Assembly: GCA_963777605.1 (NCBI GenBank)
Contig: CAVZRV010000035.1
Coordinates: forward strand, 1-64,000
DNA from: an uncultured Acidobacteriota bacterium
GTDB lineage: Bacteria > Acidobacteriota > UBA6911 > RPQK01 > JAPXNP01
Length of the DNA: 64,000 nt
Direction: 5' to 3'
The translations under genes and the position numbers were made by a program. The first letter of the stretch is position 1. Each line of letters begins with the position of its first letter. A model generated the notes under the pieces. The model made no database searches. It was not told the DNA's origin and saw only the letters and a list, made by a program, of their open reading frames with translations. Positions 31,241-41,000 of the stretch are shown piece by piece.

Positions 31241-32122
31241 TCATTTCCGTTCTTCGGTCATTTTCCCGAGAACGAAATCGGCGGCCTTCTGAGCCTGCGC
31301 TGCGGCCACGACGATCAGCTTCGTGTCGTCGCCCAGGCGGTTCAGCCAGCCGGAGAGGTATGCGGCACTCTGATCGAGCGTTCCCGGGGAGATCCCGGCT
31401 TCGCCGCAGAGGAATGCGGAGGTGAGTTCCGCGACCAGCTCTTCCTGCGAGTAGGTGTCACTGCCGAACTGGACGTCATCCTCCAGGCCAAATCGAGAGA
31501 GTCGCGCCGGATGGCCTGTCGCATGACCCAGCTCATGATAAAGCGTTGCAAAGAGCGATTCGGGACCGGACGTGAATTGCTCCGGATGCGGCATTCCGAT
31601 GCGGTCCTGAGCCGGAGAGTAGAATGCCGCGTTCTTGCCGTACTCGATGACCGGCGGGTTCGGCATCGAATCGACGATCCGGGCCGCCTTTTCAATCGGC
31701 GTGAACTCGGAGGAGTCAGCGGCAGCAGGCAGCTTGTCGGCGGGGATCCCGGAGGTCTGTTCCAGGTTGAACACCCACCAGCAGCGGGCAAATACGCGTC
31801 GGTGAGTCTCGACTTCGCCGGTTTCGTCATCTTCGCGATCTTTCGAGTAGACCTTCCAGAACAGCACCGGAGTCGACTTCTGGCCGCGCTGGACGTGACC
31901 GCCGAGCTTCTTGGCCTGGTTGAAGGTCATCCAGTAGGGGCTCGAGAACCCGGCCAGTGCCAGGGTCAGCACGTTGATGCCGCGATACTGCCATCCGGCG
32001 ATGTTCTGAGGCCACAGGGTCTTCCAGGGCTTCCGCCAGGGCACGACACCCTGTTCCAGCTTCTCGAGGATCGCATCGGTGATTCGCTGATGGGCGGGTG
32101 GGTTGGTTCGCTCGATCTTCAT
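31241..32122 (-). CDS. ardC: ArdC-family anti-restriction protein (ssDNA-binding N-domain plus zincin-like domain)
   Basis: ITDAILEKLEQGVVPWRKPW; YRGIN; WMTFNQA; VFNLEQT; TLYHELGHATGH; YSQEELVAEL; SAAYLSGWL. Confidence 0.92.
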   Translation of the reverse strand: MKIERTNPPAHQRITDAILEKLEQGVVPWRKPWKTLWPQNIAGWQYRGINVLTLALAGFSSPYWMTFNQAKKLGGHVQRGQKSTPVLFWKVYSKDREDDETGEVETHRRVFARCWWVFNLEQTSGIPADKLPAAADSSEFTPIEKAARIVDSMPNPPVIEYGKNAAFYSPAQDRIGMPHPEQFTSGPESLFATLYHELGHATGHPARLSRFGLEDDVQFGSDTYSQEELVAELTSAFLCGEAGISPGTLDQSAAYLSGWLNRLGDDTKLIVVAAAQAQKAADFVLGKMTEERK

Positions 32123-32304
32123 TGTTTTGTCCTCCAGTGAAAGGGTTTTTCGGTTTCTTCACCCCGCCCTGAGAAACCAAAAACCTCGAACTGGAGGACC
32201 CAGAGAAGGACCTGAAAGGCGACCGTCGAAGCGCCGGGCATCCAGAGTGACAGGCCCCGCCCTGGCGCGAGGGATGCTGCGCGAAGACGTAGCCTGGAGG
32301 GTCC
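32123..32304. promoter_or_regulatory. Conserved double-hairpin upstream element, copy 2 (ardC)
   Basis: Proximal hairpin 32129-32199; distal hairpin 32208-32304 with the same apical motif and CTGGCGCGAGGGATGCT (32262-32278); compensatory stem changes relative to copy 1. Confidence 0.7.
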
Positions 32305-32578
32305 ACGCAAACAAGATCGAGCAAGCGAGCCAACATCGCGACCAGAGCGAGAAAGAACATGAGACTGTCGGAAGCATGAGAATGCACGGCCGGAGATCCC
32401 GTGTTCCGGCTACCCGCTACCGCGGTCTGCCTGCAGGAACGAGGCAGCACTGGCAGGATCCAGCCGGATGTCTGATGTGAGCGCACCCGGCTCTTCATTG
32501 GCCGAGCCCTGACGGTCGTCAGCTCAGGCAGCGGCTTCGCACCATCGGCTCGACCTCAGTGAGTCGGACGAGCCGAGG

Positions 32579-32611
32579 TTGCACGTCGGTATACTTTTGC
32601 ACTATAGTGCA
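32579..32611 (+). promoter_or_regulatory. Putative sigma70 promoter with overlapping TetR operator
   Basis: TTGCAC-N18-TATAGT; perfect palindrome TGCACTATAGTGCA (32598-32611) just upstream of the TetR start. Confidence 0.6.
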
Positions 32612-32618
32612 TGACCCA

Positions 32619-33218
32619 ATGAATCCGATTCCGACTCGGGCACCATCTTGGACGACGACATCAGATCGGATCTACAGGGCCGCGATCTCGTTGTTTCGGC
32701 GGAGGGACTTCACTGAAGTGACGATCGAAGACATTACTTCTGCGGCCAAGACCTGTCGACGTACCTTCTTCAACCATTTCCCCACGAAGGAGCACGTTCT
32801 CGCCCGACTCCACCAGGAACTGACGGCAGACTGTCTGGCACGGGCGGAGAAGGCCACACAACACGACGGCTGGGAACGCATCGATGCCGCCTTTGATGCC
32901 TTTGCTGTCGCGGTCATGGCCGAACCCATCCTGGGCAGATCACTGCTTCGGTTGGTTTTCGTGAGTGATGTCCTGGCCAGCCAGGACCAGCAGGACGTTC
33001 TGATTCTCGGCGACTGGTTGAGACGCCAACTGCACGCCGCCATTGCCGCGGGCACGCTCGGGCACTGGATCGACCTCGAGACTGCTGGCTCACTGCTGAT
33101 GGGGATTCTCAGTTCCGGCACGACGCAGTGGCTGACCTCGTTTCCGAACGCACCGGTGCCACTCGATCGGGATTTTCGGTCGAAGCTGCAATTGGTCCGC
33201 AAAGGAATGGAGACCTAA
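32619..33218 (+). CDS. TetR/AcrR-family transcriptional regulator
   Basis: RIYRAAISLF...FTEVTIEDITSAAKTCRRTFFNHFPTKE HTH. Confidence 0.88.
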   Translation: MNPIPTRAPSWTTTSDRIYRAAISLFRRRDFTEVTIEDITSAAKTCRRTFFNHFPTKEHVLARLHQELTADCLARAEKATQHDGWERIDAAFDAFAVAVMAEPILGRSLLRLVFVSDVLASQDQQDVLILGDWLRRQLHAAIAAGTLGHWIDLETAGSLLMGILSSGTTQWLTSFPNAPVPLDRDFRSKLQLVRKGMET

Positions 33219-34421
33219 GTGAGATTACTGTACCGACTCAGTTCGGCCCTCGCGATAGTAGTTCTGGTTCTTGGATGGGTCCTATACCTGGCGCGCAACT
33301 CGGCCGTGGCCGTCGTCATGGACCTGCTGCCCGTAGCCCTGACGCTCTTCGGCTTCAGCGTGTTGCTTTCGCTCGTGATCGTCCTGAGCTCGGCCCGAAT
33401 GCGTTGGCCAACCGTCGTCGTGGCCATCGCTGCGCTGGTTGGGCTGGGATTCTCGCTTTGGAGCCTCGTCACCAGAGTTCCCAGCGAGGACGTGGTCTTC
33501 ACGAGCGGATCCGTCGAACTCAGGGGCACGGTCTATTCTGCCCAGACGGAGAGTCATCCTCCGGGGGTTGTCCTCGTCCATGGTTCGGGCCGGGAAACCC
33601 GGTCGGAGCACCGGTTTTACGCCCGTTTTCTGGCCCAGAGAGGAATCACCACGCTGGCTTTCGACAAACGCGGAGCCGGGGCATCCGGTGGTAGCACCTA
33701 CGAAGCGGACTACCTTGACTATGCCGACGATGTCGTGGCGGCGGTCGAATGCCTTTCACGGATGCCTAATGTGGATCCAAACCGGATTGGGCTGGTCGGC
33801 TTCAGCGAAGCGGAGTGGGTTGCCCCGGTTGCGGAGAACCGCTCGGACTCGATCGCATTCATCGTGATCATTGGGGCATCAGGGTTGCGGCCTGTCGACC
33901 AAGTCGAGGAAGAAATCCGACTTCGACTCGACAGGAAGGGCTTTGCCGAAGCGGATGTGCAGAAGGCGGAAGCACTTTATCGCCTCTACGCAGACTATCT
34001 CCGCGGAAAGGCCGATGCCGCTCGAGTGCGGGCCGAGATTGAGAATGCCTCCCGAACCCCCTGGTTTGCGGCTGCAGAGGATCTCCCCGATCAGGTGTAT
34101 CCACGGGGGGAGTACGCCTGGTGGCGTCGAGTGATGGATTTTGACCCGTCACCGTACTGGCGCCGGGTTGACGTGCCCGTCCTGCTACTCAAAGGAATGG
34201 AGGACGATCGCTCCGCGGCCGCGCCCTCCGCCAAACGCCTCGAGGCCATGATTTCCGCTCCGTGCGATGTGCGCCTTTTCCAGGGAGCCGATCATATGCT
34301 GCTTCAGTGGCCCATCGCTCCAAGGCTTCCCCCTCCCGTTTTTGCCGACGGGTATCCCCAGATCGTAGCCGACTGGATCCTCAAGACCGTTCAGGGCTCG
34401 GAGGAGAATACTGGGCCATAG
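33219..34421 (+). CDS. Membrane-anchored alpha/beta hydrolase (S9/S15-like); nucleophile motif reads GFSEAE
   Basis: Three N-terminal TM segments; VVLVHGSG; FDKRGAGASGG; IGLVGFSE; VPVLLLKG..DD; ADHML. Confidence 0.85.
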   Translation: MRLLYRLSSALAIVVLVLGWVLYLARNSAVAVVMDLLPVALTLFGFSVLLSLVIVLSSARMRWPTVVVAIAALVGLGFSLWSLVTRVPSEDVVFTSGSVELRGTVYSAQTESHPPGVVLVHGSGRETRSEHRFYARFLAQRGITTLAFDKRGAGASGGSTYEADYLDYADDVVAAVECLSRMPNVDPNRIGLVGFSEAEWVAPVAENRSDSIAFIVIIGASGLRPVDQVEEEIRLRLDRKGFAEADVQKAEALYRLYADYLRGKADAARVRAEIENASRTPWFAAAEDLPDQVYPRGEYAWWRRVMDFDPSPYWRRVDVPVLLLKGMEDDRSAAAPSAKRLEAMISAPCDVRLFQGADHMLLQWPIAPRLPPPVFADGYPQIVADWILKTVQGSEENTGP

Positions 34422-34517
34422 CCCGCCTTGGCGCACAGGGTTCTTTCAAGGAGTCTTCCCGGACCAGATAGGAAGTGGAAGGAGGGCCGGCGGTGGCCGC
34501 CGGTCCGGAGGGAGGGC

Positions 34518-34758
34518 TCAAGGAAGACTCGGGCTGCTCCTGCAGCTCGAGGATCCGCGAGTAAGCGAGATCGGCGACCTTGGCGAGGACGAGCAGGTCG
34601 TCGCGGCTGAAGCTGCGGGTGGCCTTCCACGAGTCGCCATCCTTATAGAGGCGCTCGAAGGTGACCGAGTGTCGGATCCCTCCCGAGTTGTCGTTCGTCC
34701 AGATGGCGGCTTTGATGGAGCCGATTCGGACCGTCGCTGTGGGTTTTGTGTTTGCCAT
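34518..34758 (-). CDS. Small conserved protein, putative ssDNA-binding (copy 1; stop position uncertain)
   Basis: MANTKPTATVRIGSIKAAIWTN...SVTFERLYKDGDSWKATRSFSRDDLLVLAKVAD; RBS AGGAG; three copies in the window. Confidence 0.75.
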
Positions 34759-34936
34759 GATTCGTTTCTCCTTTTCTGTGTGATTTTTCTTTCGCCCCGA
34801 ACTTGAAGAAAAATCCACAGAACTCGAAGGGAGAAACCCGCACCCGGTCGGCGAGGGGCGAAAAGTCCGGACAGGCAACAGGAATGACAGGCTCGTCCCT
34901 GGCGTGACCGTTGCCCGGACCGCCCAACGCCGATCG
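34759..34936. promoter_or_regulatory. Conserved double-hairpin upstream element, copy 3
   Basis: Proximal hairpin 34764-34837; distal hairpin 34845-34936 with TGACAGGCTCGTCCCTGGCGTGA and CTGGCGTGACCGTTGCC (34899-34915). Confidence 0.7.
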
Positions 34937-35429
34937 GACAAAGCCTGGGCATGGCCAACCACGAAACCCAGACGGGCCGATCGAGTCCTTGCGAAGCTGG
35001 ACTACTGATTGAACTCAAGAACGGGGGTGCACCAATCTGCCACCTCGGGCCTCTACGAGCGGTTGTTCAAACGGAGAACCGTGATCCGGAAGACAACCGG
35101 CGGGCGCAAGAACGTTGCCGACGTCCAACTCGCTCCGGCGCGAGGCCGTCCAATCAGAATCCCGTTGACGGAGTGTCGACCGGGGACTATCGTCGATCTG
35201 TCCTGGATGAGCCGCCCATCAGGGAAGTTGAAGTGAGTTTTCCAAGGAGGTTTCGTTACACTGCGGCTTTCGTGATACTCCTGGTGCTGGCTGTCTGGCT
35301 CGCACTGGATGACGAAGGGACGAGCCCCAACCCGTTCCAACAACCCAAAACCAACAACGGGGTAGGGAAATGTCATCGTCGAGCAAGTGTCCGTCGAAAC
35401 GACACAATGGAGTGCAGTATGCAGACTGA

Positions 35430-36240
35430 TCCTTCGTTTCCGGATCCGCCTTGCGGCAGATGTAGGGCTCAATGTGGTGCCACTGCACGTAGCTGTAGAA
35501 AGCCTGGTTGAACTCGACTTCTCCGTAATGCTCGGCCAGAACGGCCAGTTTCATCTGATCGTAGACGATCTCCTGCGGGATTCCTCCGAAGTAGCGAAAG
35601 GCCGCTTCATGAAACGACAGCAGCATCTGGGTATCGATCGGTCGATCGAACCACTCGACGTACTTGTGCCGGCTCGACGACAGCACCATCGCCACAAAGA
35701 AAACACTGCGCCGACGATCCCCGATCCGCACGCCCCGCTTCTCGGCCAGGTCCACCATGGCTTGTCGGCCGGGCGGTGTCTCGAACCGCCGGTAGACTCG
35801 GTTTGGTCGGAAGACCGGACGCAGGCTCTCGATGAAACGCCGCACGCTGCGGGTCGATCCCTCGTAGCCCAACTTCTTCAACTCGTGATAGATCGCTTCC
35901 GCGTTGACGACACCGTCCTCGGCCATCCGCTTGACCCGGGTCTGGATCCAATCCTTGTAATCGTCCAGTTTCCGGCGGCGTTTCTGCGGAGCTTCCCGTT
36001 CGCCGGCGATCTCCTCCATCGTCTGGTCCCGGTACTTGCGGACCGTCTTGCGGTCGATCTTCAACTCGCGCGCCACTTCCGACACCGTCCTCCCAGCTGC
36101 CAACTTCACCTTGATCTCGTTCACTGTTCCCCAACCTTTCAATCCGATGTCCTCCCTTTCGGGCGAACATCCTACGTTCCGGTCTTGAAGGTGGGGAATT
36201 TTATTGGCCAAAAAGTGGGGAATTTTGTTGGCCGGTCACA
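35430..36240 (-). mobile_element. istA: Truncated IS21-family element (one end plus 5' part of istA)
   Basis: End TGTGACCGGCCAACAAAATTCCCCAC with a tandem sub-terminal repeat; HTH VARELKIDRKTVRKY; RFETPPGRQAMVD; GGIPQEIVYDQMK; similarity stops after PETK. Confidence 0.85.
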
Positions 36241-36252
36241 GATGGGTTTCAC

Positions 36253-37455
36253 TCAGAAATCATTGTAGTGCTTGTCCTCACATTCCGGGCAGATCCCATG
36301 TGAGAACTCCGCATCAGAATGATCCCGAACAAACTCTTCGACTTCGTTCCAGTAGCCCCCGTCGTCGCGGATCCTTTTGCAGTGCATGCAGATCGGGATC
36401 AGTCCTTCAAGGGTCCGCACCTGTTTGATCTTTTCCTGCAACTGGCCGATCAGGTCATCCCGCTCCAGTTGGATCTTTTTGAGGTCAGTTACGTCCGATC
36501 CGACGCCGATCAGGCAGCGGTCGCGAAACTGTGAATTCTGCCACAGGATCGAATGCCGATTTCCCGAGATATCTCGGACGGTCTCTTCGTAGAGCGCCTG
36601 CCCGTCACCACTGAGGGCAAAGCCTGAAATCCGCTCCTTACGCTCATTCGGGCAATCCTCATCCGTTGACGAAAGCTGGTACCACCCGTCTCCAAGGACT
36701 TCTTCCTGCTTGAATCCGAATGTGCGCTCCACCGAAGGGCTTGCATAGATGACTTCCCCGTCGGAGTCCGCCACAAGGATGATGTTTGAAACGGACGACA
36801 GGATCTGGTTTGCGAAGTCTGCCTCCGCGCTTGCTTTCCGATGGGCTTCGGTTTCAAGTTCAAGAGCTGAATATGCTTCTTCCAACGCGCGGAAGTGGGC
36901 CTCATCCCTTATCCGAGTCCGTTCTTTCTCAATTTCGTTCTTGACGACAACATGCCGCAAAATATAGGCGATCAGGAGAGCAATAACGATCGGGAGTATC
37001 AGGTAACCCGCACCCCTGACAGAGGGGATTTGTGAGACGACGGCCACCCACGTGACAAGAGTGAGGAGATGGAGTCCGATCAAGTGGTGAAGGGGCAACA
37101 GGATAAAACCGGCACCCATGAGTAGCAAAAGGACATTCACCGAGTACCGCAGATCCACTGATAGGAGGAGGACGGCCTGCACGTTGATCAGGATCAGGAA
37201 TGCGGCACCCAGTGCGGTCCCCTTTGTTCGACTGTAGCGGGTATCGGGGTCGCGGATCAGAAGGTATCCACCGAAAAGCAGGAGCGCGGTGAGGAAGGCA
37301 AGCGCCGACAAGTACGTGGAAGCTGGGGCTTTGAATCGTGAGAAGTCCAACCCGATGGCGATAAGATAGATTCCTGCAAGGCTTGGAAGTGCAAGGCGGA
37401 GTGCCCGTCGTGTGACTTCAAGCAACACTTCATCGTGCAGGGGCTGATCAGTCAT
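36253..37455 (-). CDS. Membrane sensor protein with PAS domain and C-terminal Cys-rich tail
   Basis: Multiple TM helices; PAS (IYASPSVERTFGF...GVGSDVTDLK); LIPICMHCKRIRDD.GYW...FSHGICPEC; no kinase domain. Confidence 0.8.
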   Translation of the reverse strand: MTDQPLHDEVLLEVTRRALRLALPSLAGIYLIAIGLDFSRFKAPASTYLSALAFLTALLLFGGYLLIRDPDTRYSRTKGTALGAAFLILINVQAVLLLSVDLRYSVNVLLLLMGAGFILLPLHHLIGLHLLTLVTWVAVVSQIPSVRGAGYLILPIVIALLIAYILRHVVVKNEIEKERTRIRDEAHFRALEEAYSALELETEAHRKASAEADFANQILSSVSNIILVADSDGEVIYASPSVERTFGFKQEEVLGDGWYQLSSTDEDCPNERKERISGFALSGDGQALYEETVRDISGNRHSILWQNSQFRDRCLIGVGSDVTDLKKIQLERDDLIGQLQEKIKQVRTLEGLIPICMHCKRIRDDGGYWNEVEEFVRDHSDAEFSHGICPECEDKHYNDF

Positions 37456-37826
37456 CTTTTCGGCTCCTTGGCGCTCCGGGCGAAACACCGATGGCTCAAA
37501 CCATTGAGGCGGTCAATTATGCGGGATTCCCTATGCTGTATGAGAAGTGATGGCAGTGTTCAAAATGATCAGTTGGCGTTTATACCTCGCTCTTGGGCCG
37601 GTCAGGAAGCCTAGTATAGATATTTCGAGTAATTCAATGCCTCTCCGATACTTCCGGATCCAATCATTGAGGTGGATGGGGCGCTTTTGTTGACACCGGC
37701 GAGTTTGTCGTCCGGAATCGCCGGTTTGAGAGGGGACCAGGGGGATGACTGGACGCGGGGGGGCGATCGCCACCCGGTGACGCGGAGGTATCTGAGATGG
37801 AATCGGGGGTGGTGATCAAACCATGA

Positions 37827-38144
37827 TTACCTGCCTGCGCCGTCGAGAGGAAGCCGAGGGGTGGAAGCCGGAGTGTGCCGGGTGTCCGGTTTGACGGAGC
37901 GGATGACCAGGTAGAGCTGGTTCTGAGCGCTGTTGACGTATCCCGAGACGCAGTAGCCGCGGTCGGCGGCGATGATCTGGGATTTGGAGAAGTCGTACAG
38001 GCGATAGACCCGCTGGGTATCGCGGTCCTTCATGCGGAAGACGACACAGGAACGACATTCCGTCCGGGAAAGCAGCACGAGGTGATTGGCGCTGAAGTTG
38101 AACATGGAGACGGCCGTTGGCGCAGAACCCGGGGGCGACCGCAT
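37827..38144 (-). CDS. Small accessory ORF of the IS21 element (start uncertain)
   Basis: ORF downstream of istB inside the IRs with GC-rich codon usage. Confidence 0.5.
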   Translation of the reverse strand: MRSPPGSAPTAVSMFNFSANHLVLLSRTECRSCVVFRMKDRDTQRVYRLYDFSKSQIIAADRGYCVSGYVNSAQNQLYLVIRSVKPDTRHTPASTPRLPLDGAGR

Positions 38145-38180
38145 GAAGCGAGCCGCCCCATCGGCAGCGCCGTTGAGGGG

Positions 38181-38993
38181 TTAGCCCGCCGGACTCCTCC
38201 GGTCAGGGTTATCATCACAGGGCGGCGCTTCTTCTGAACCGGCCTGGGGCTTGCGAGGCCGGGCCTTTTTCGCTTTGCGCAGCGACTCCCCTCCGAGCAG
38301 GAAGACTTCGGAGTTCTCCACCAACCGGTCGGCGATGGCGGTGGCGATGGTGGTGTTGTAGAGGATATTGCCCCAGTCGGAGAATGGAGTGTTCGTCGTG
38401 AGGACCGTGCTGCGGCGTTCGGCATGGCGGGTGGAGATGACCTGGTAGAAGAGGTTGGAGGTCTGCTGGTCGAGGGAGAGATAGCCCACTTCGTCACAAA
38501 CGAGAAGCGCAGGAGCGGTGTAGACCTTGAGCTTGCGGACGAGCGAGTGGTCGAGCTGGGAGGCCAACAGCTGATTGAGCATGTCCATGGCCGAGGTGAA
38601 CAGGACGCGATGGTTGGCCTGACAGGCCTTCCAGGCGATGATCTTGGCCAGGAAGGTCTTGCCGACCCCGGGGTTGCCGATGATCACCAGATTGGTGCCT
38701 TGGGCGATGAAGTCGAGATCGAGCAGTCGTAGAATGCGCGACTTCAGGCTCAGGCGGGACTTGTGATGCTGGAAATCGAAGTCCTCGATCCCGGAGCGGA
38801 CTTGCAGGCGGGACTGGCGAAAGCGTCGTTCGACCGAACGGCCGCGCCGCTCTTCCAGTTCGAGATCGGCCAGCCATTCGAGTGAGGCGGCCAGGCTGAG
38901 GTTGCGACGGGAGGCTTCGGTGAGCACCGTCTCGAGTCGACTCTGCATGCCGACGAGGCGCAACTCGTCGAGTTTGGATTCCAGGGAAGTCAT
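38181..38993 (-). CDS. istB: IS21 helper ATPase IstB
   Basis: GNPGVGKT; LLVCDEVGYL; TTNTPFSDW; AIADRLVE; GESLR. Confidence 0.95.
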   Translation of the reverse strand: MTSLESKLDELRLVGMQSRLETVLTEASRRNLSLAASLEWLADLELEERRGRSVERRFRQSRLQVRSGIEDFDFQHHKSRLSLKSRILRLLDLDFIAQGTNLVIIGNPGVGKTFLAKIIAWKACQANHRVLFTSAMDMLNQLLASQLDHSLVRKLKVYTAPALLVCDEVGYLSLDQQTSNLFYQVISTRHAERRSTVLTTNTPFSDWGNILYNTTIATAIADRLVENSEVFLLGGESLRKAKKARPRKPQAGSEEAPPCDDNPDRRSPAG

Positions 38994-40468
38994 TCGTCGT
39001 CTCCTTCTTCGAAGATCAAGGCGTCATAATCCAGTAGGGACAGCGGATCGGTGGCGAGCTCGTTCAGGCGGGGATCCTTCAGGCGCAAAGGCGGTTCGGG
39101 GCGACGCAAGTGCTGTTCCTGGCTGAGGAGATTGGCGATGTAGTCGGCGCCGTAAGCGCCGGCCGCATGCGCTTTACCCAGCGCTTCGGAAACCGGTTCC
39201 GGCCCGTAGAGACGGACCAGCTCCAGCAACTCGGTGATCTGGCGGGAGAGCGAGCGGTCGGTCTCGGCCAGAGCCCGCAGGTAGGTCTCGACCGCCGGTC
39301 CGAGCAAAGCGATGAGGCGCGCCTGCGCCTGGGAGGTGCGGGCGGCCGGGCGGCTGTCGACGAGTTCCTCGCGGAAGCGGTCGGCCCCGATCACCTGACC
39401 GCGGCGCCACGAGCGGGCGTAGGAGGTGACCTCGCGGCGGCCATCGTAGAGGGTGACCGACTGGGCGTCGGCCTTGAGGGTCAGCAGACGGCCGACGTAA
39501 CGAGGGGGAGTGCAGTAGCGGTTGCCGTCGAAGTGGACCCGCAGATCCTTGTAGACGCGGACCTGGGCCGTGTCGCGATAATCGGGATCGAGCGGCGGCA
39601 AGGGCCGCAGAGCCTGGGGCTGGAAACGCTCGCGGGGCGTCTGTCGCGTTTCCCGATGGCGGCGCTGGTGCGCCACCTCCTCCAGCCACTGGCGGACCTG
39701 ACGATTGACGTCGACCAGATCGCGGAACGTCCGCAGCGGCCAGAAGCTCTGGCGCAGGTAGCGGATGCCGGCGCGCTCGACGGTCCCCTTTTCCCAGCCG
39801 GCGGCTGGATTGCAGGCCCGGGGATAGAAGCCGTACTCGCGCGCAAAAGTCAGGAAGCGCGGCTGGAAACGGACCAGGCGACCGTCCCGTTCCGCGACGG
39901 CAGTCAGCAGATTGTCATACCAAATCTCCCGACTGACACCCCCGAACGCCCGGAAGGCGTGGATATGACCGCGCACAAAAGTTTCGAAGCCCTGGCTGTG
40001 AGTGAACTCGACGTACAGGAGCCGGCTGTGGCAGTCGACTAGGACGAAGGCATAGAGCTTGCGGCGGTCTCCCTCGTATTCCAGTCCGCCGAAGTGGCCC
40101 CAGTCGACCTCGAAGCGCTCGCCGGGTTGCGGGTCCATGCGCAGAAAGGCTCGAGCCGGCCGACGGGGCCGCACCCGCGCCAGGTAGTCGCGCAGGATGC
40201 TGACCCCGCCCTGATAACCCAACCGGCGCAGGTGCTGAAGCAGGACCGAGCCTGGGGCCCGGGGGTCCCGTTCCAACAGATCGCGAAGGATCGGCTTGAA
40301 AGGGTCGAGCTTACTGGCTCGCGGCGGCATCGAAGCCCGGGCGACGGGGCCGTTGCGGTACTTGCGGACGGTCGTGCGGCTGACGCCGAGATGACCGGCG
40401 ATCTTGCGGATCGACCAGTGTTCGCCGTGATGGAGTCGATAGATGGCATCAAGGATGGCCGGGTCCAT
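38990..40468 (-). CDS. istA: IS21 transposase IstA
   Basis: HTH SIRKIAGHLGVSRTTVRKY; PGERFEVDWG; WYDN; EKGTVER; ATGA overlap with istB. Confidence 0.93.
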   Translation of the reverse strand: MDPAILDAIYRLHHGEHWSIRKIAGHLGVSRTTVRKYRNGPVARASMPPRASKLDPFKPILRDLLERDPRAPGSVLLQHLRRLGYQGGVSILRDYLARVRPRRPARAFLRMDPQPGERFEVDWGHFGGLEYEGDRRKLYAFVLVDCHSRLLYVEFTHSQGFETFVRGHIHAFRAFGGVSREIWYDNLLTAVAERDGRLVRFQPRFLTFAREYGFYPRACNPAAGWEKGTVERAGIRYLRQSFWPLRTFRDLVDVNRQVRQWLEEVAHQRRHRETRQTPRERFQPQALRPLPPLDPDYRDTAQVRVYKDLRVHFDGNRYCTPPRYVGRLLTLKADAQSVTLYDGRREVTSYARSWRRGQVIGADRFREELVDSRPAARTSQAQARLIALLGPAVETYLRALAETDRSLSRQITELLELVRLYGPEPVSEALGKAHAAGAYGADYIANLLSQEQHLRRPEPPLRLKDPRLNELATDPLSLLDYDALIFEEGDDE

Positions 40469-40544
40469 AGCGAGGTCTCCTGAACTCAGGCTTCCTGATA
40501 CCCCGTTCGAGGTCGATCCGACCAGAGCGATGTTGTTTACAAGA

Positions 40545-41000
40545 TCACGCGGCCTCCTCTTGGTTTCCTTCAACCTTCTGGAAAATGAGGAGTTCGGAGA
40601 GAGCCACGTTGTTCTTTACAAGCTCGACCGCCTCACGTTGGATCAGCCAAACTTCTGAAGTCAAAGACTTTAGATCCAAAGCTACGTTGTTCTTTACAAG
40701 ACGATCGAGCCGGCGACGCCGATCGCGGAGGCGCTGTTTTCGACGGTTCTCCTCGGTGTACCGGGCATGGCTTTCCCGGTACCGGCGCTGGTAGTCGGGG
40801 TTGTGGGCGCGCCACTTCTGCCGGCTGTCCCGGCAGGTCTGCTGGTACTCGGGATCGGACTCCAGTTTCTTGCGGTGATACTCCCGGCGGCGCCGACGTT
40901 GGCAATCGGGGTCCGAGCAGATGCGCTGTTGCGGGCAATAGGGGGACGGGAGGAACTCCCGATGACAATAAGGGCAACGGTGGCCGGCACTCCTTCCCAT
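40545..41000 (-). CDS. Zn-finger-like basic accessory protein of the IS21 element
   Basis: RCPYCHREF.PSPY.PQQRICS.PDCQRRRRR (CxxC...CxxxxC); lies upstream of istA inside the IRs. Confidence 0.65.
   Translation of the reverse strand: MGRSAGHRCPYCHREFLPSPYCPQQRICSDPDCQRRRRREYHRKKLESDPEYQQTCRDSRQKWRAHNPDYQRRYRESHARYTEENRRKQRLRDRRRRLDRLVKNNVALDLKSLTSEVWLIQREAVELVKNNVALSELLIFQKVEGNQEEAA

Larger units (their letters stand above)
33736..34955 (+). repeat. About 1.2 kb direct repeat, copy A (hydrolase 3' half, small gene and upstream element)
   Basis: Aligns by eye, with scattered substitutions, to 53319-54535. Confidence 0.9.
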
